IMG/VR virus record: IMGVR_UViG_3300045609_000049
Reading direction: 5' to 3' (one strand)
Length of the DNA: 64,000 nt
Origin: an uncultured virus (IMG/VR IMGVR_UViG_3300045609_000049)
Taxonomy: Duplodnaviria; Heunggongvirae; Uroviricota; Caudoviricetes
The translations under genes and the position numbers were made by a program. The notes under the pieces are model-generated. The model was not told where the DNA came from and made no database searches. It was given only the letters and a program-made list of their open reading frames with translations. Below, one piece after another: positions 31,001 through 39,204 of the stretch (position 1 is its first letter; each line of letters starts with the position of its first letter).

Positions 31001-32647
31001 AGAAAAAATTGAAGAGATTGTATATGGTTAAATCCTAAGTACAATAAAATGGGTAATCTTAGCAGCGAAGACCGAAAGGTAACGTTCAACGACTATCGAA
31101 AGCTACAGGTCTTGAAACACAGATGAAAATAAGGTCATAATGACACGAAGTGAGTAGAGTAGTGCCAAGTGGTTAGCGTCTATATGAGATTAGTATAGAG
31201 TAAGTCTATTAAAACGAAATGGTAGGTATCATAACAATTTTCTGGTAAAAATAAAATGGAAGGCGAATAATAATTGAAATGTTTAATATTCAGCCTGACT
31301 TAATACTCAAGTGTTTTCTCTACGTGTGTAGAGGTTATTCCCTAAAGCTCACAATCCACAATGTAAGCATGAAGTTTTCTCTACATATGTAGAGGTTATT
31401 CTAATTTTGGTCCTATACCAGAAGGTCCAGAAATTATTTGTACTAAACCATATAGTATATATGGTGCAGGAAAATTGTTATGATAATGATATAGTCTCCT
31501 CTCATATGAAAGTATGAGGCGAAGGCATAATAGACTAACGAACTATTATAAAGATAAGGCAGGAAATGAAATTATCGAAACTCAAACTTATTACACACAA
31601 CCAGAGAATTAACAATCCAGTGGTTCTCTATAAACCTATTTAATTGCTGGAACAGTATCAAATAATGATACGGACCTAAAGCTCACAATCCACAACGTAA
31701 GGATGAAATAAGCCTAAGCGTGACGGGCGCGAAAGCAGAAAAAAGAACGTTATGTTCAAGTGAGATGGCCTAAGGACGATTTGGTGAGTCCTAAGGGTTG
31801 TAAGAATGGGAAATCAGCAGCCAAGCCTCGAATAGAGGACGGTTCAACGACTATCAAAAGCTACAGGCCTTGTAATACAGGATGAAAATAAGATGACTAT
31901 TATAATAGTTATACGAAGTGAGTAGAGTAGCGCCAGAGTGGTTAGTATCTAAGTGAGATTAGCTTAGAGTAAATCTATTAAAGCGAAATGGTAGGTGCTA
32001 TAGAAATATAGTGAAGATATAGTCTAGATTCTTATGAAAGTAAGGAAGGTTATGTATTTAACCAAAAAACGGACTGGGAGTTTGATGAAGACCAGAAATT
32101 GTCTTATAATAACCCTGTATTTATTGAGTTATTAAAGAGACGCGGTAAAAGCTTTGACGAGCTAAATACTGGTTGGGTACCTCAGCATAAGATTGGTGAG
32201 GAAGCAGAAGAACCAGATGAAGAAATTGAAGAAAAAGAGGATGAGTTTGAAGAAGATGAAGATGTAAATGAAGAAGATCTTTTTACATCTGCACCTAAAA
32301 TGGAAGCTCCACCTAAGAAAGAAGAAGATTCTAATGAAGTAAGCTTTAAGTTCGGTAGAAAATCTAAACCAGAAGAACCTGTTGCACCAGCATCAGTAGA
32401 ATCACCAGATTTAGGATTAAGTGGACTAGAAGCCATGTTTGGACCATCTACTTCAACTATTCCCGAACCACCTACACCATCTCAACCTAATTTTGGACAA
32501 CCGTCTAATAGAGATCGAATTGGTGCGGCTTTGAATGAAGTTCAAGGTGGAAAACCTAAAATTAAGTTAAATATTGACAAGACTTCTGCAGATCAACCGA
32601 TGAAGCCTACAATTAAACTCAATATTAAGCCTAAGGATCAACAGTAA
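21880..32647 (+). CDS. FtsK/SpoIIIE-like ATPase 1, C-half with N-terminal intein C-piece; exons 21880-22092, 23414-23439, 24810-24917, 26385-26802, 28342-28365, 29014-29127, 30793-30841, 31560-31609, 32072-32647
   Basis: Exons sum to 1578 nt (525 aa plus stop): IFHN-SGKS, VDCKRVEF, Walker B LLFLADELNELM, RLGRAAAVHLALACQRAS, KGRG, acidic/Pro-rich tail. Confidence 0.85.
22093..23413 (+). mobile_element. Group I intron with endonuclease ORF
   Basis: P1 gcgt/gcgc; gctaacggt...ataccgtgctaag, tcgacta, gatatagtc; terminal G. Confidence 0.82.
22396..23381 (+). pseudogene. Intron-encoded zinc-finger/PD-(D/E)XK endonuclease with 1-nt frameshift near 22455
   Basis: MIICKICGK start with RBS is out of frame with the 22470-23381 ORF (ELDIYIPDLKLAIEYNG); one extra A in gtaaaaatcag restores HVKNQH. 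Confidence 0.7.
23440..24809 (+). mobile_element. Group I intron with endonuclease ORF
   Basis: P1 gcgt/gcgc; same core family as the 22093 intron; terminal G; frame restored. Confidence 0.82.
23751..24755 (+). CDS. Intron-encoded endonuclease (zinc finger, YGVxNP repeats, PD-(D/E)XK)
   Basis: FDSSWE...YFPDF...VEIKG. Confidence 0.8.
   Translation: MIKCKICNAEYNTYKQLSWHVKYHNLTNQQYYDMYMKQPNEGYCLMCRKVTAFISLNLGYRQHCNKQCTKLDKQVQVKRLNTNIDRYGYATSLSSKETQDKIKQTFIRKYGVSNPYAAESVKEKIKQNNLEQYGVENPQQRDDVKQKTATTNLELYGNTCVMQSESVKSKVRQTMQERYGSDNIFGSEYGKQKIKETNLERYGVENPQQNHDIHVKTLKHYKYNSLNFDSSWELAVYIYCIDHNISIIRESVRFKYINSNGVESYYFPDFEIEGHIVEIKGGQFLDKNNKLKDKAKQKCIDEHNVELWIKSDVQKYIQYCEEKFGSTKWYNQFR
24918..26384 (+). 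mobile_element. Group I intron with endonuclease ORF after P7
   Basis: P1 gcaggt/gcttgc; P10 ttttataaaattattg pairs with exon caataatgtttataaaa; standard core motifs. Confidence 0.82.
25356..26390 (+). CDS. Intron-encoded endonuclease
   Basis: Zinc fingers; YPFVCDLYIP...IELNFHWTHG. Confidence 0.8.
   Translation: MNETICRICNQPISNRLFKKHLEQHNISQQPYYDRYFGKGVCEVCGKPTSFKDIFKGYNNYCSRSCLNKSTIHSDSVKTTKTIRYGTPTYNNPSKTSESLLNRTDDEKQKSILKRKSTCQEKYGDETYNNSKKYKETCLKVYGTVIPFAAESVKQKISDKYYAKSAEEKKAIYTKRQATFDSKTEEEMKIIGQKHRDAYMLKSDKEKAEIKHKSYLTKKKNHSFKVSKTEDLCYVQLLSIYPDAKHGYKSTKYPFVCDLYIPSKDIYIELNFHWTHGLHPYNKKNDSKKLAEWIEKSKTSKYFENAIYTWTVRDTHKLKVAKHNKVQLFVFYTKSEFDTWLSMQ
26803..28341 (+). mobile_element. Group I intron with endonuclease ORF ahead of the core
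   Basis: P1 gagct/ggctc; P10 tatttgttgt pairs with gcagcagta; core at about 28000-28320. Confidence 0.82.
26853..27968 (+). CDS. Intron-encoded endonuclease
   Basis: Zinc fingers, YGV repeats, YPYFCDFYLP...IEINGYYTH. Confidence 0.8.
   Translation: MLNELQCKICGYKASTKQGFNSHLSHRHHIKSKDYYDNYLKQDGEGICHCGNPTKFRNMWYGYNRHCCTRCIPLDPDVQNKMKITCQEKYGTDYAWQAEQTKAKIKQTTRNHYGVDCYLHTDACRKITSEVTSSDKVKDKIKQSNLKRYGVECSFQASVVKDKIKCTKLDRYGHETYNNLDKAKETSRAKYGVDNPAQSIKVQNKMKATCLERYGVDNIWKDRDSRLKAKKKSQKSMCKHGNRSSLEALLEQYFIDNHIKYEPEYNKDIRYPYFCDFYLPDFDLFIEINGYYTHCNHWFDSNNSEDVNKLNELIEKSKVHSMYKTCIRVWTQSDVEKRNCAKNNKLNYVVLWSKQDILDWINSGFEIRHDY
28366..29013 (+). mobile_element. Group I intron with deleted endonuclease remnant in the P1 loop
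   Basis: Guide gacaggca near 28708; core motifs; terminal G29013; frame restored (LALA-CQR). Confidence 0.8.
28391..28692 (+). pseudogene. Internally deleted endonuclease
   Basis: MKCLICEH start joined out of frame to FVEINGYW...KIRHDY, which is paralogous to the 26853 ORF C-terminus. Confidence 0.75.
29128..30792 (+). mobile_element. Group I intron with endonuclease ORF
   Basis: P1 ggat/gtcc; core motifs; terminal G. Confidence 0.8.
29562..30716 (+). CDS. Intron-encoded endonuclease
   Basis: MKCLECG zinc finger; ELDCYIPELNIAIEYNGIYWH. Confidence 0.82.
   Translation: MKCLECGQDIKNNIALGLHVKKHNMTSKEYYDKYMRKSNEGICPTCKKETPWQSFDRGYLKHCSYKCTQNDPKVIKKREDHFMSKYGVKNPYQAEEVKQKIKESNLANYSVEYNLQRKETIQQAKQTKLERYGDQNYNNTTKAKTTCLDKYGVDSYSKTDKFKSIIREQVDFYAIAKKGLVTHNSKVDKQCKLGYITIQDAFIKYGQSWYKNKIVPILYKYHTGFISLADEQIIKFYYENNNGHSSQEENKLLELLHKYYSGTIIHGEHKIIAPLELDCYIPELNIAIEYNGIYWHSAKFKNNDYHYNKSMSCFNKGIRLIHFYEFEDWTYIEQFIKDLFNNTEQITHNFDKFSPLQFDYSTIEFSGPQLLECNIFGSGTFNLK
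30842..31559 (+). mobile_element. Group I intron carrying a mini CRISPR array in place of its endonuclease
   Basis: P1 cggat/gtccg; core motifs; terminal G; frame restored (FIG-SGNE). Confidence 0.8.
31313..31402 (+). CRISPR. Mini CRISPR array C (2 repeats, 1 spacer) inside an intron
   Basis: Repeats 31313-31341 and 31374-31402; 32-nt spacer. Confidence 0.85.
31610..32071 (+). mobile_element. Group I intron, no ORF
   Basis: P1 gagaat/gttctc; P10 ccagt/actgg; core motifs; terminal G. Confidence 0.85.
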
Positions 32648-32968
32648 TTGCCGAGCGTCAGTTTGAAATATAGCTGACGCTTTATTACTCATTTATTGCA
32701 AAAAATGATACTCTAATCTGGTATATATAGAGTATAGAAATTGATAATCTTGAACCTTTTGAAGAAATGAGGCTCGAATTAGTAACATGAAAAAGTGCTT
32801 TTACCATTGTTTATTATGGCGCTAAGCCGGGGTTTGTTTATTTAACTAATATAAAATACCTATCTCGAAAGAGGTGGGTATTTTTCCTGAAAACTATTTA
32901 CATTTATACATAAACTTGTTATAATAAACTTATAATAATACAGCCGCTCAAAACAAAGGAGAATAGCT

Positions 32969-33808
32969 ATGCAGATTATTAAAAAAGAACATGATAGACA
33001 GTCATACCTCGAATATACTGATCTTGACAGCAAAATTACCTTCGACAACGGACATTATTTTATCATTGATATGACAGATAAAGAGCTGCAGGAAGACGTC
33101 GCTCACACTGGCGGATTCTGTGCTAACATCATGCGCCGCGAAATTAGTGACAAAAATCTTCAGAATGTCACAAAAATACTGTTCTACGGTGTTCCGCAAA
33201 AAACCATTGATTCACTATTTGGCATCATATATATGGATGACGATTATAATGTGAAACATTATCTATACGATGATAACTTCAATGATTATCTGTATTTTCA
33301 GAAAAGATTCAGCAAATACATTCGCACTGGCTTCATTTCCGAACTAAAGACGATCGACAATCTTGCTGAATTTACAGCGGAATTCGAAAATCCGAGCGTA
33401 GATTTTGGTTTTATGGTCGACAACCAGCCTGCAACGGTGGACCACGAATACACCGCTTCCGATTATACCGAAATGGTCATAGATGATGCAGCTAAACGGT
33501 TCAAAGAACTGAATGTAAGTCATATTAGACTCACACCACAGATTGATGTCATTTCAGGACTGCATCTCAAATGCGTCCCATATACGACTGACGGAGTCGC
33601 AATCAAAGAATATCAGTTCAAGGGTAAGTACAAATCTGAAGATGATTACGCAGCTTTCCTCCGACGACGCTACGAAGGCATAACTGACTACCAAGTACAA
33701 TGGCGCATTGATGCTGTATTGTCATTTGAAATGACGACTGAGTCACTGAGAGTCTTGGTCAACAAAAAGAATGTTAGACTAGCGTTTGCAGATAAACAGT
33801 GCAATTAA
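32969..33808 (+). CDS. Hypothetical protein
   Basis: 279-aa ORF with promoter and RBS; visibly more GC-rich than its neighbours. Confidence 0.7.
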   Translation: MQIIKKEHDRQSYLEYTDLDSKITFDNGHYFIIDMTDKELQEDVAHTGGFCANIMRREISDKNLQNVTKILFYGVPQKTIDSLFGIIYMDDDYNVKHYLYDDNFNDYLYFQKRFSKYIRTGFISELKTIDNLAEFTAEFENPSVDFGFMVDNQPATVDHEYTASDYTEMVIDDAAKRFKELNVSHIRLTPQIDVISGLHLKCVPYTTDGVAIKEYQFKGKYKSEDDYAAFLRRRYEGITDYQVQWRIDAVLSFEMTTESLRVLVNKKNVRLAFADKQCN

Positions 33809-33914
33809 CTTTGTTAGATATAATAATTACAATAAGGAGTAATTTATCAAAAAGTATGGTATTGCGGCAATAAATATCTATAAGAAAATTAAAGTAGATA
33901 TGGAATATTAAAGA

Positions 33915-33929
33915 GCTATTTATATATAA
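33915..33929 (+). promoter_or_regulatory. Recurring GCTATTTA-AT-rich motif, putative element-specific promoter (representative)
   Basis: Intergenic copies at about 12396, 20703, 21707, 36071, 42028, 46273, 48398, 59643, 61352 and 20566-20573 (minus), each oriented with the downstream gene or array. Confidence 0.6.
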
Positions 33930-33941
33930 CAAGAAGGGTGT

Positions 33942-34032
33942 GTTTACTCTACGTATGTAGAGGTTATTCCTTACAATTTGTCAAGCACAACCTATTAAAC
34001 TTGTTTTTCTCTACGCATGTAGAGGTTATTCC
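33942..34032 (+). CRISPR. Mini CRISPR array D (2 repeats, 1 spacer)
   Basis: Repeats at 33942 and 34003; spacer 33971-34002; promoter motif upstream and hairpin downstream. Confidence 0.85.
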
Positions 34033-34087
34033 ATTTAAGGAGGTCTCTTAGTTTTTAAGAGACCTCTAACTATAACAGGAGGTAATT

Positions 34088-34324
34088 ATGGCTAATCAGG
34101 AAAAATTACAAAATTGCATTGCTTGTGTAGAAATATATGCTGATACTTTGTCACAATATCTAGATGAACTTAGATCAGCTCATAAAGCACTTAAAGGTGA
34201 TCCAAATAAACTTTGTCAGAGCCTAGATCTTTATATGGATGGTATACGTTACAATACAAAGAAACTAGATGAATATTATAAAAAGACTTGTGATATGATT
34301 GGATATTATCCAGAACACGAATAA
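34088..34324 (+). CDS. Hypothetical protein
   Basis: ORF with ggaggt RBS. Confidence 0.6.
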   Translation: MANQEKLQNCIACVEIYADTLSQYLDELRSAHKALKGDPNKLCQSLDLYMDGIRYNTKKLDEYYKKTCDMIGYYPEHE

Positions 34325-34348
34325 GATAAGTTGAAGGGAAATTATACA

Positions 34349-34927
34349 ATGGCAAAAATCAGTTTTAGGTTTGGAGCAATGGGCAGCTCCAAGACTGCAA
34401 ATATGCTCATGATAAAATATAATTTTGAAGAGAAAGGTAAGAAGGCAATTCTTCTTAAACCTAAATTAGAAAATCGAGATGGAACTACTAAGATCAAGTC
34501 TAGAATAGGACTTGAATCGAAGTGTTTATATATTGAAGACTATTTGAAAGATGTCAAATTATGTGACTGTATTCTTATAGATGAAGCGCAGTTTATGACA
34601 GCTACACAAGTGGACGAATTTGTTAAGATTGCAGATATGTTAGATATTCCAATTATTGCATTTGGTCTTAAGACGGACTTTCAGGGACAGTTATTTGAAG
34701 GTTCTAAAAGACTTTTAGAAGTTGCAGATGACATTCAAGAAATTACAACTATTTGTTGGTGCGGTAAGAAAGCTAGATTTAATGCAAGAGTTGTAGCTGG
34801 TAAGATTGTTAAAACTGGTGAACAATTACAATTAGGTGGCAATGAAGGCTATGTATCACTATGTAGATTGCATTACAATTTAGAACAATTAGGCGACGAT
34901 AATGGACAAACATACAGAAAGAATTGA
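34349..34927 (+). CDS. tdk: Thymidine kinase
   Basis: GAMGSSKT, IKSRIG, LIDEAQF, FGLKTDF, ICWCG, YVSLCR. Confidence 0.92.
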   Translation: MAKISFRFGAMGSSKTANMLMIKYNFEEKGKKAILLKPKLENRDGTTKIKSRIGLESKCLYIEDYLKDVKLCDCILIDEAQFMTATQVDEFVKIADMLDIPIIAFGLKTDFQGQLFEGSKRLLEVADDIQEITTICWCGKKARFNARVVAGKIVKTGEQLQLGGNEGYVSLCRLHYNLEQLGDDNGQTYRKN

Positions 34928-35189
34928 ACGTTTTAATAACTTGAAGTATACTAAAAATCAATCAGAGTGGGAACATTGTGTCACTACTAGAGAAGAAGAT
35001 CTATATGATGGCGTAGAAGTAGATGATACTCTTGATATTATGGAAATTCTTGATGAGTACTATGAAAAGATTAGTAATAAACTCAGTGAACATGGACATT
35101 CTAGAGGAAGTACGACAATGTTGCAATCAATGATACGACATTTTCATAAGTGCTCAAATACAATACAGGACTTTTAAGGAGGTAACAAT

Positions 35190-35414
35190 ATGTGGGATTT
35201 AGAACAATATGTTGATGAATCAATTATAGAGGCATGTAAGAAGTCATTTGCAAGAGTTTATCCAGAATTTCGACCTTATTTATTAGGTGCTAGTCAAGAT
35301 AGAACTTGTATTATTGTTGAATGTGAAATGCCAGATGGAACATTTTATTTTAGAGTAACTGAAAACTCTGTATCAAGTTCATATAATACTGCTGAAGATG
35401 CAGATAGAGCTTAA
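35190..35414 (+). CDS. Hypothetical protein
   Basis: ORF with strong RBS. Confidence 0.55.
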   Translation: MWDLEQYVDESIIEACKKSFARVYPEFRPYLLGASQDRTCIIVECEMPDGTFYFRVTENSVSSSYNTAEDADRA

Positions 35415-35558
35415 GGGAGGTTGAAATAATGTATTATTATACAAAAAGCGTTCCAATTAGACCAAACTTAGCTGTACCTGAAGTCAAAGAATTAACTATT
35501 CAGTTTGAAGATCCTGATGTAGACAGATTGATTGAAAATATTATGAGGGAGTAGAGTT

Positions 35559-36065
35559 ATGGCTAATAATGAAAAACAAACAAAAGTGAAAGAAACAACT
35601 CAGGCTAGTATTGAGTTTTCTGATATTCAGGGACATGACACTAATGGTACTTATGCCATAAAGATCGTTCCTGAAAAACTCAATCTAAATCCAGCTAAAG
35701 CTGCTATTGATGTTAATATCTTTTATTACTCAGAGGGTAAAATTGCACACGCTGAAGACGAATATATTGGTGAGTACGAGATTAAAGCCAACATTTATGG
35801 TACACTAGTATTAGACATTAAGGACTTTATGGAAGCTATGCAGAAAAGTAGAAAGTCTCTTGGAGAGTCTACTATTTTGGCATTTAAGGTTGATAATGTT
35901 GAAATTACTGATCTTAATCCAATTCATACAAGTAACACTGTAAGCTTAGAGACTATTAAAAGCAGACTTATTCAAAAGTTTATGAATATGTCATCTGATA
36001 TCTTTATTGACAGTGAGTTACGTATAGCTGTTCTCCAGCAGAACATGTCTGTAGAGAATGGTTAA
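35559..36065 (+). CDS. Hypothetical protein
   Basis: 168-aa ORF with RBS. Confidence 0.65.
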   Translation: MANNEKQTKVKETTQASIEFSDIQGHDTNGTYAIKIVPEKLNLNPAKAAIDVNIFYYSEGKIAHAEDEYIGEYEIKANIYGTLVLDIKDFMEAMQKSRKSLGESTILAFKVDNVEITDLNPIHTSNTVSLETIKSRLIQKFMNMSSDIFIDSELRIAVLQQNMSVENG

Positions 36066-36154
36066 TAAGAGCTATTTATTTATATAGGAAGAATGCGCAT
36101 AATGGTTAATCTAGCAGTAGGCTAATCATTTTGCTGAGAAGGAGGTAAATACTT

Positions 36155-36508
36155 ATGATTGGCATACTTGAAGGTAACCTAATTTTTGAATTTAGGGACG
36201 AAGGACAATTAGAGATTGCATTAACAAATTACGCTGAAAGAAAAGGTTGTAGTACATTATTTATATGTGACAGAGGCGACAAGATTAAATCTGTCTTAAA
36301 TAAAGGTTTTACTTCAACGCCTAATCTTCAGGAAGAGACATCATATCTTATTTATGGATGTCCTAACTATAATAAAGACTTACCTGGCGTAAATGAACAT
36401 TTGCCAGATACCAGTGCTAGAGGATTTAGTGAATGGGAAATTTTAGGAACTCCATTTATCTATTCTTCAGGATTTAGAATTCCTAAACCGCTTGACTATT
36501 TGTCTTAA
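36155..36508 (+). CDS. Hypothetical protein
   Basis: ORF with promoter motif, leader hairpin and RBS. Confidence 0.65.
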   Translation: MIGILEGNLIFEFRDEGQLEIALTNYAERKGCSTLFICDRGDKIKSVLNKGFTSTPNLQEETSYLIYGCPNYNKDLPGVNEHLPDTSARGFSEWEILGTPFIYSSGFRIPKPLDYLS

Positions 36509-36591
36509 TATGTACGTTTGTACTTGACTATGATATAATTAACACATAAAGTGTTTATTTTAAATTTTTAATCCAGAAAGGAAATACAACT

Positions 36592-37362
36592 ATGGGCAAA
36601 ATTATTGATGCATTGTATCAGCCTATGACAGCTACTGGAAACAACATTGATCCTAGATATTTTAAGGATAATGGTGACGGTAGCTACACACTTACTCCGC
36701 TTATGCTCTACAATATTGCAAGAGATGCTGCAGAATATTTCAAGCAGCGTATTTTTGATATTGACATTGATTGTCAATATCACTCTGCAAGTGTTAGAGA
36801 AGTAAAGGACACTTTTACTGAAAAGGCACTTAGAGACCAGTGGAGACTCAAGTATGGTGAACAGCTTAAAGAAGCGAAAAAGAGATGGTATGAATATCGT
36901 GACGAACATCCAGATGAATTTGAGTTAGGTGCAAGAAGAATTGCAACTGGTGGTGAAGACGAAAATAGATATTTCGATAGTTACACACCATTTATTACAC
37001 CTAATTTAGTAAGCACAATTCAGACCTATAATGCTGCTAGAGAGTTATTAGCACGTTTTGATTCTGAGAATGGTGCAGAATATGAAACACTTCCATTTGA
37101 AGAGCCTTTATATTCTAGAGAAAAATTTGCACATGTTCATAAAGCTGTTAAAGCTAAGATCTATTCAGAGCTTGGTATTCCAACAAATCATCTTGAGGTT
37201 GGCAAAGTAGAAAAAGTAGTTTGTAGAATCAATAATAAGAAATGCGATGTTATTGCGACAGACGATTCAGAAATTGAAGGTTTCTATAAAGGTCTTATTG
37301 TATACATCACTGGATCTAACACAGCTGAATACAAACAGCGTAGATATGAAGAGTTGAAATAG
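36592..37362 (+). CDS. Hypothetical protein, paralog of 47188-48330
   Basis: Shared NID.RYF..N.DG.Y..TPL...NIARD.A and W..KY motifs. Confidence 0.75.
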   Translation: MGKIIDALYQPMTATGNNIDPRYFKDNGDGSYTLTPLMLYNIARDAAEYFKQRIFDIDIDCQYHSASVREVKDTFTEKALRDQWRLKYGEQLKEAKKRWYEYRDEHPDEFELGARRIATGGEDENRYFDSYTPFITPNLVSTIQTYNAARELLARFDSENGAEYETLPFEEPLYSREKFAHVHKAVKAKIYSELGIPTNHLEVGKVEKVVCRINNKKCDVIATDDSEIEGFYKGLIVYITGSNTAEYKQRRYEELK

Positions 37363-37421
37363 TGGATGAGAACAATGTCTAGTCTAATATAATTAGGCTA
37401 GGCATGTTGTTTATATAGTAT

Positions 37422-37937
37422 ATGAGGAGGATTATCATGAGCGATGTAATATTACTAAACAAATTAAGCAGATTTACTGACGACGATTTTGATCTGTATA
37501 GATACTTTAAGGACGCTACATCTAAGTCTTTTGCAGATGAAACTGAAGAACTTGATACATTAAGATCTGATTTAATTCTACTTAGCGCACAACAGTATGA
37601 TTTTGCTGGTTGGTTAACAAAAAGTGCAAAGGCATTAGAGTGTAAGCGAAATGAATGCATGGGATTATGTGAAGATATATGTAAGCTTCTTGGAAACCGA
37701 ATTCAGGAACTTTGTGACCACGTCAGAATACCTATTATCGCTAGTCCTACAAAAATGTACGCTTTTGGTGCATTAGAGGTTAAATGTCCATATTCTTCTG
37801 AATATCGTGTTGCATATGGATCTTGTACAGAAAATGCTGAGTCAGTTAATGTTGATGGAAAAGTATGTAAAGTAATTGAAACTAAACTCGAAATTAGCCC
37901 ATACTATACAATTAAAATTAGTTCATTAGATCTGTGA
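37422..37937 (+). CDS. Hypothetical protein
   Basis: ORF; likely start 37437. Confidence 0.6.
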   Translation: MRRIIMSDVILLNKLSRFTDDDFDLYRYFKDATSKSFADETEELDTLRSDLILLSAQQYDFAGWLTKSAKALECKRNECMGLCEDICKLLGNRIQELCDHVRIPIIASPTKMYAFGALEVKCPYSSEYRVAYGSCTENAESVNVDGKVCKVIETKLEISPYYTIKISSLDL

Positions 37938-38425
37938 AGGTGATAAACATGGCAGAAAGACACGACACTTATAGAGATTATGAATGGGTAATTACATTTG
38001 AACAAGATGGTTACAGATGTGGATATGTTGGAATACCAAACTGGCATCCGTTTTATGAACAGTCTAAAGAAGAATTACCAAATATAAGTTGTCATGGTGG
38101 AATTTCAATTACTAGTCATGGAAATACTGGATTTAGCTCAGATGATTGGTTAATTGGTTTTGACTGTGCGCATTATCTTTTAGATGCGATTGATTCAGCA
38201 TCAATTAGTAGATATTTTGGTGAAAGAGCTATAGATGATATTAAATGTAGTACATCCATATTTGAATATATAACTAAAGGTCATGTATGGACGGCCGATG
38301 AAGTTGAAGAAGAATGTAGGTCTGTTATAGATCAAATTATTAAATATATAGAAAATAGACAGCAAGTAGATCCAAAGATACTGAACGAAATAAGTAAAAT
38401 CTACGACGACTTTGTAAATAGGTAA
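37934..38425 (+). CDS. Hypothetical phage-type protein
   Basis: GYRCGYVGIP, CHGGI, IGFDCAH motifs. Confidence 0.7.
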   Translation: MKVINMAERHDTYRDYEWVITFEQDGYRCGYVGIPNWHPFYEQSKEELPNISCHGGISITSHGNTGFSSDDWLIGFDCAHYLLDAIDSASISRYFGERAIDDIKCSTSIFEYITKGHVWTADEVEEECRSVIDQIIKYIENRQQVDPKILNEISKIYDDFVNR

Positions 38426-38588
38426 AGATAATGCATCCTATTAGTTATGCAAAGAAAAATAGAATAGACATAGTGGCAGATTGTACCATTTATGGTATCC
38501 TACTTTGAAATCATTGGGCTTTAGCGATAGCACGGATAAAAGAGTTTGGATAAACTTAAGTAAATAGAAGCATATAAGGAGGTTAAAT

Positions 38589-38873
38589 ATGCAAGAAGCA
38601 ACTAGTAACAGAGAATTTGCAGAAAGACTTGTACAATTAGCAGAAGACTTTGATACATATGACTTTTTAGATAATATCGAAGACGATGAAATGCACGAAC
38701 AAACTACTAGAAGCATTGAGGCAGACGTAGTCAATCATAATGATACATGGATGCGAGATTGACTTAATGATGTTAAAGATGAACTTAAGTCCAAGATTGA
38801 TAAGGAAGATCCAGACTGTCTTGGACATTATGTTGTAGAATGTGATACTTTATTACGGTATCTCGATAAATAA
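38589..38873 (+). pseudogene. Small gene with in-frame TGA at 38760
   Basis: RBS and ATG; frame continues past TGA to TAA just before the next RBS. Confidence 0.5.
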
Positions 38874-38885
38874 GGAGGATAAATT

Positions 38886-39179
38886 ATGTTATTAGTCATA
38901 AATACGGAGACAATGTATATCGCTGACATAAAGGACGCAAGTGTATCAACTATTAACGAAATATTTGAAGCAGTTGGTCATCCTGAATACTATTTTGACA
39001 AAATGCTTCAACTTGATTCTGTTGAATTAGACCAAGAATATGATATATACGATTATGATGAAATTACAGTACCCGATGTAGTAAGTCGAATTGATATTGA
39101 TAATGTTGAACCAATTGGAACATTTAGAGTTGTTAGCCGCAAATATGTTATAGTCGATGGTACAGTTGATTTAGATTAA
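38886..39179 (+). CDS. Hypothetical protein
   Basis: ORF with RBS. Confidence 0.6.
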   Translation: MLLVINTETMYIADIKDASVSTINEIFEAVGHPEYYFDKMLQLDSVELDQEYDIYDYDEITVPDVVSRIDIDNVEPIGTFRVVSRKYVIVDGTVDLD

Positions 39180-39204
39180 AAATATTTAGAAAGGAACTTA
39201 CATA

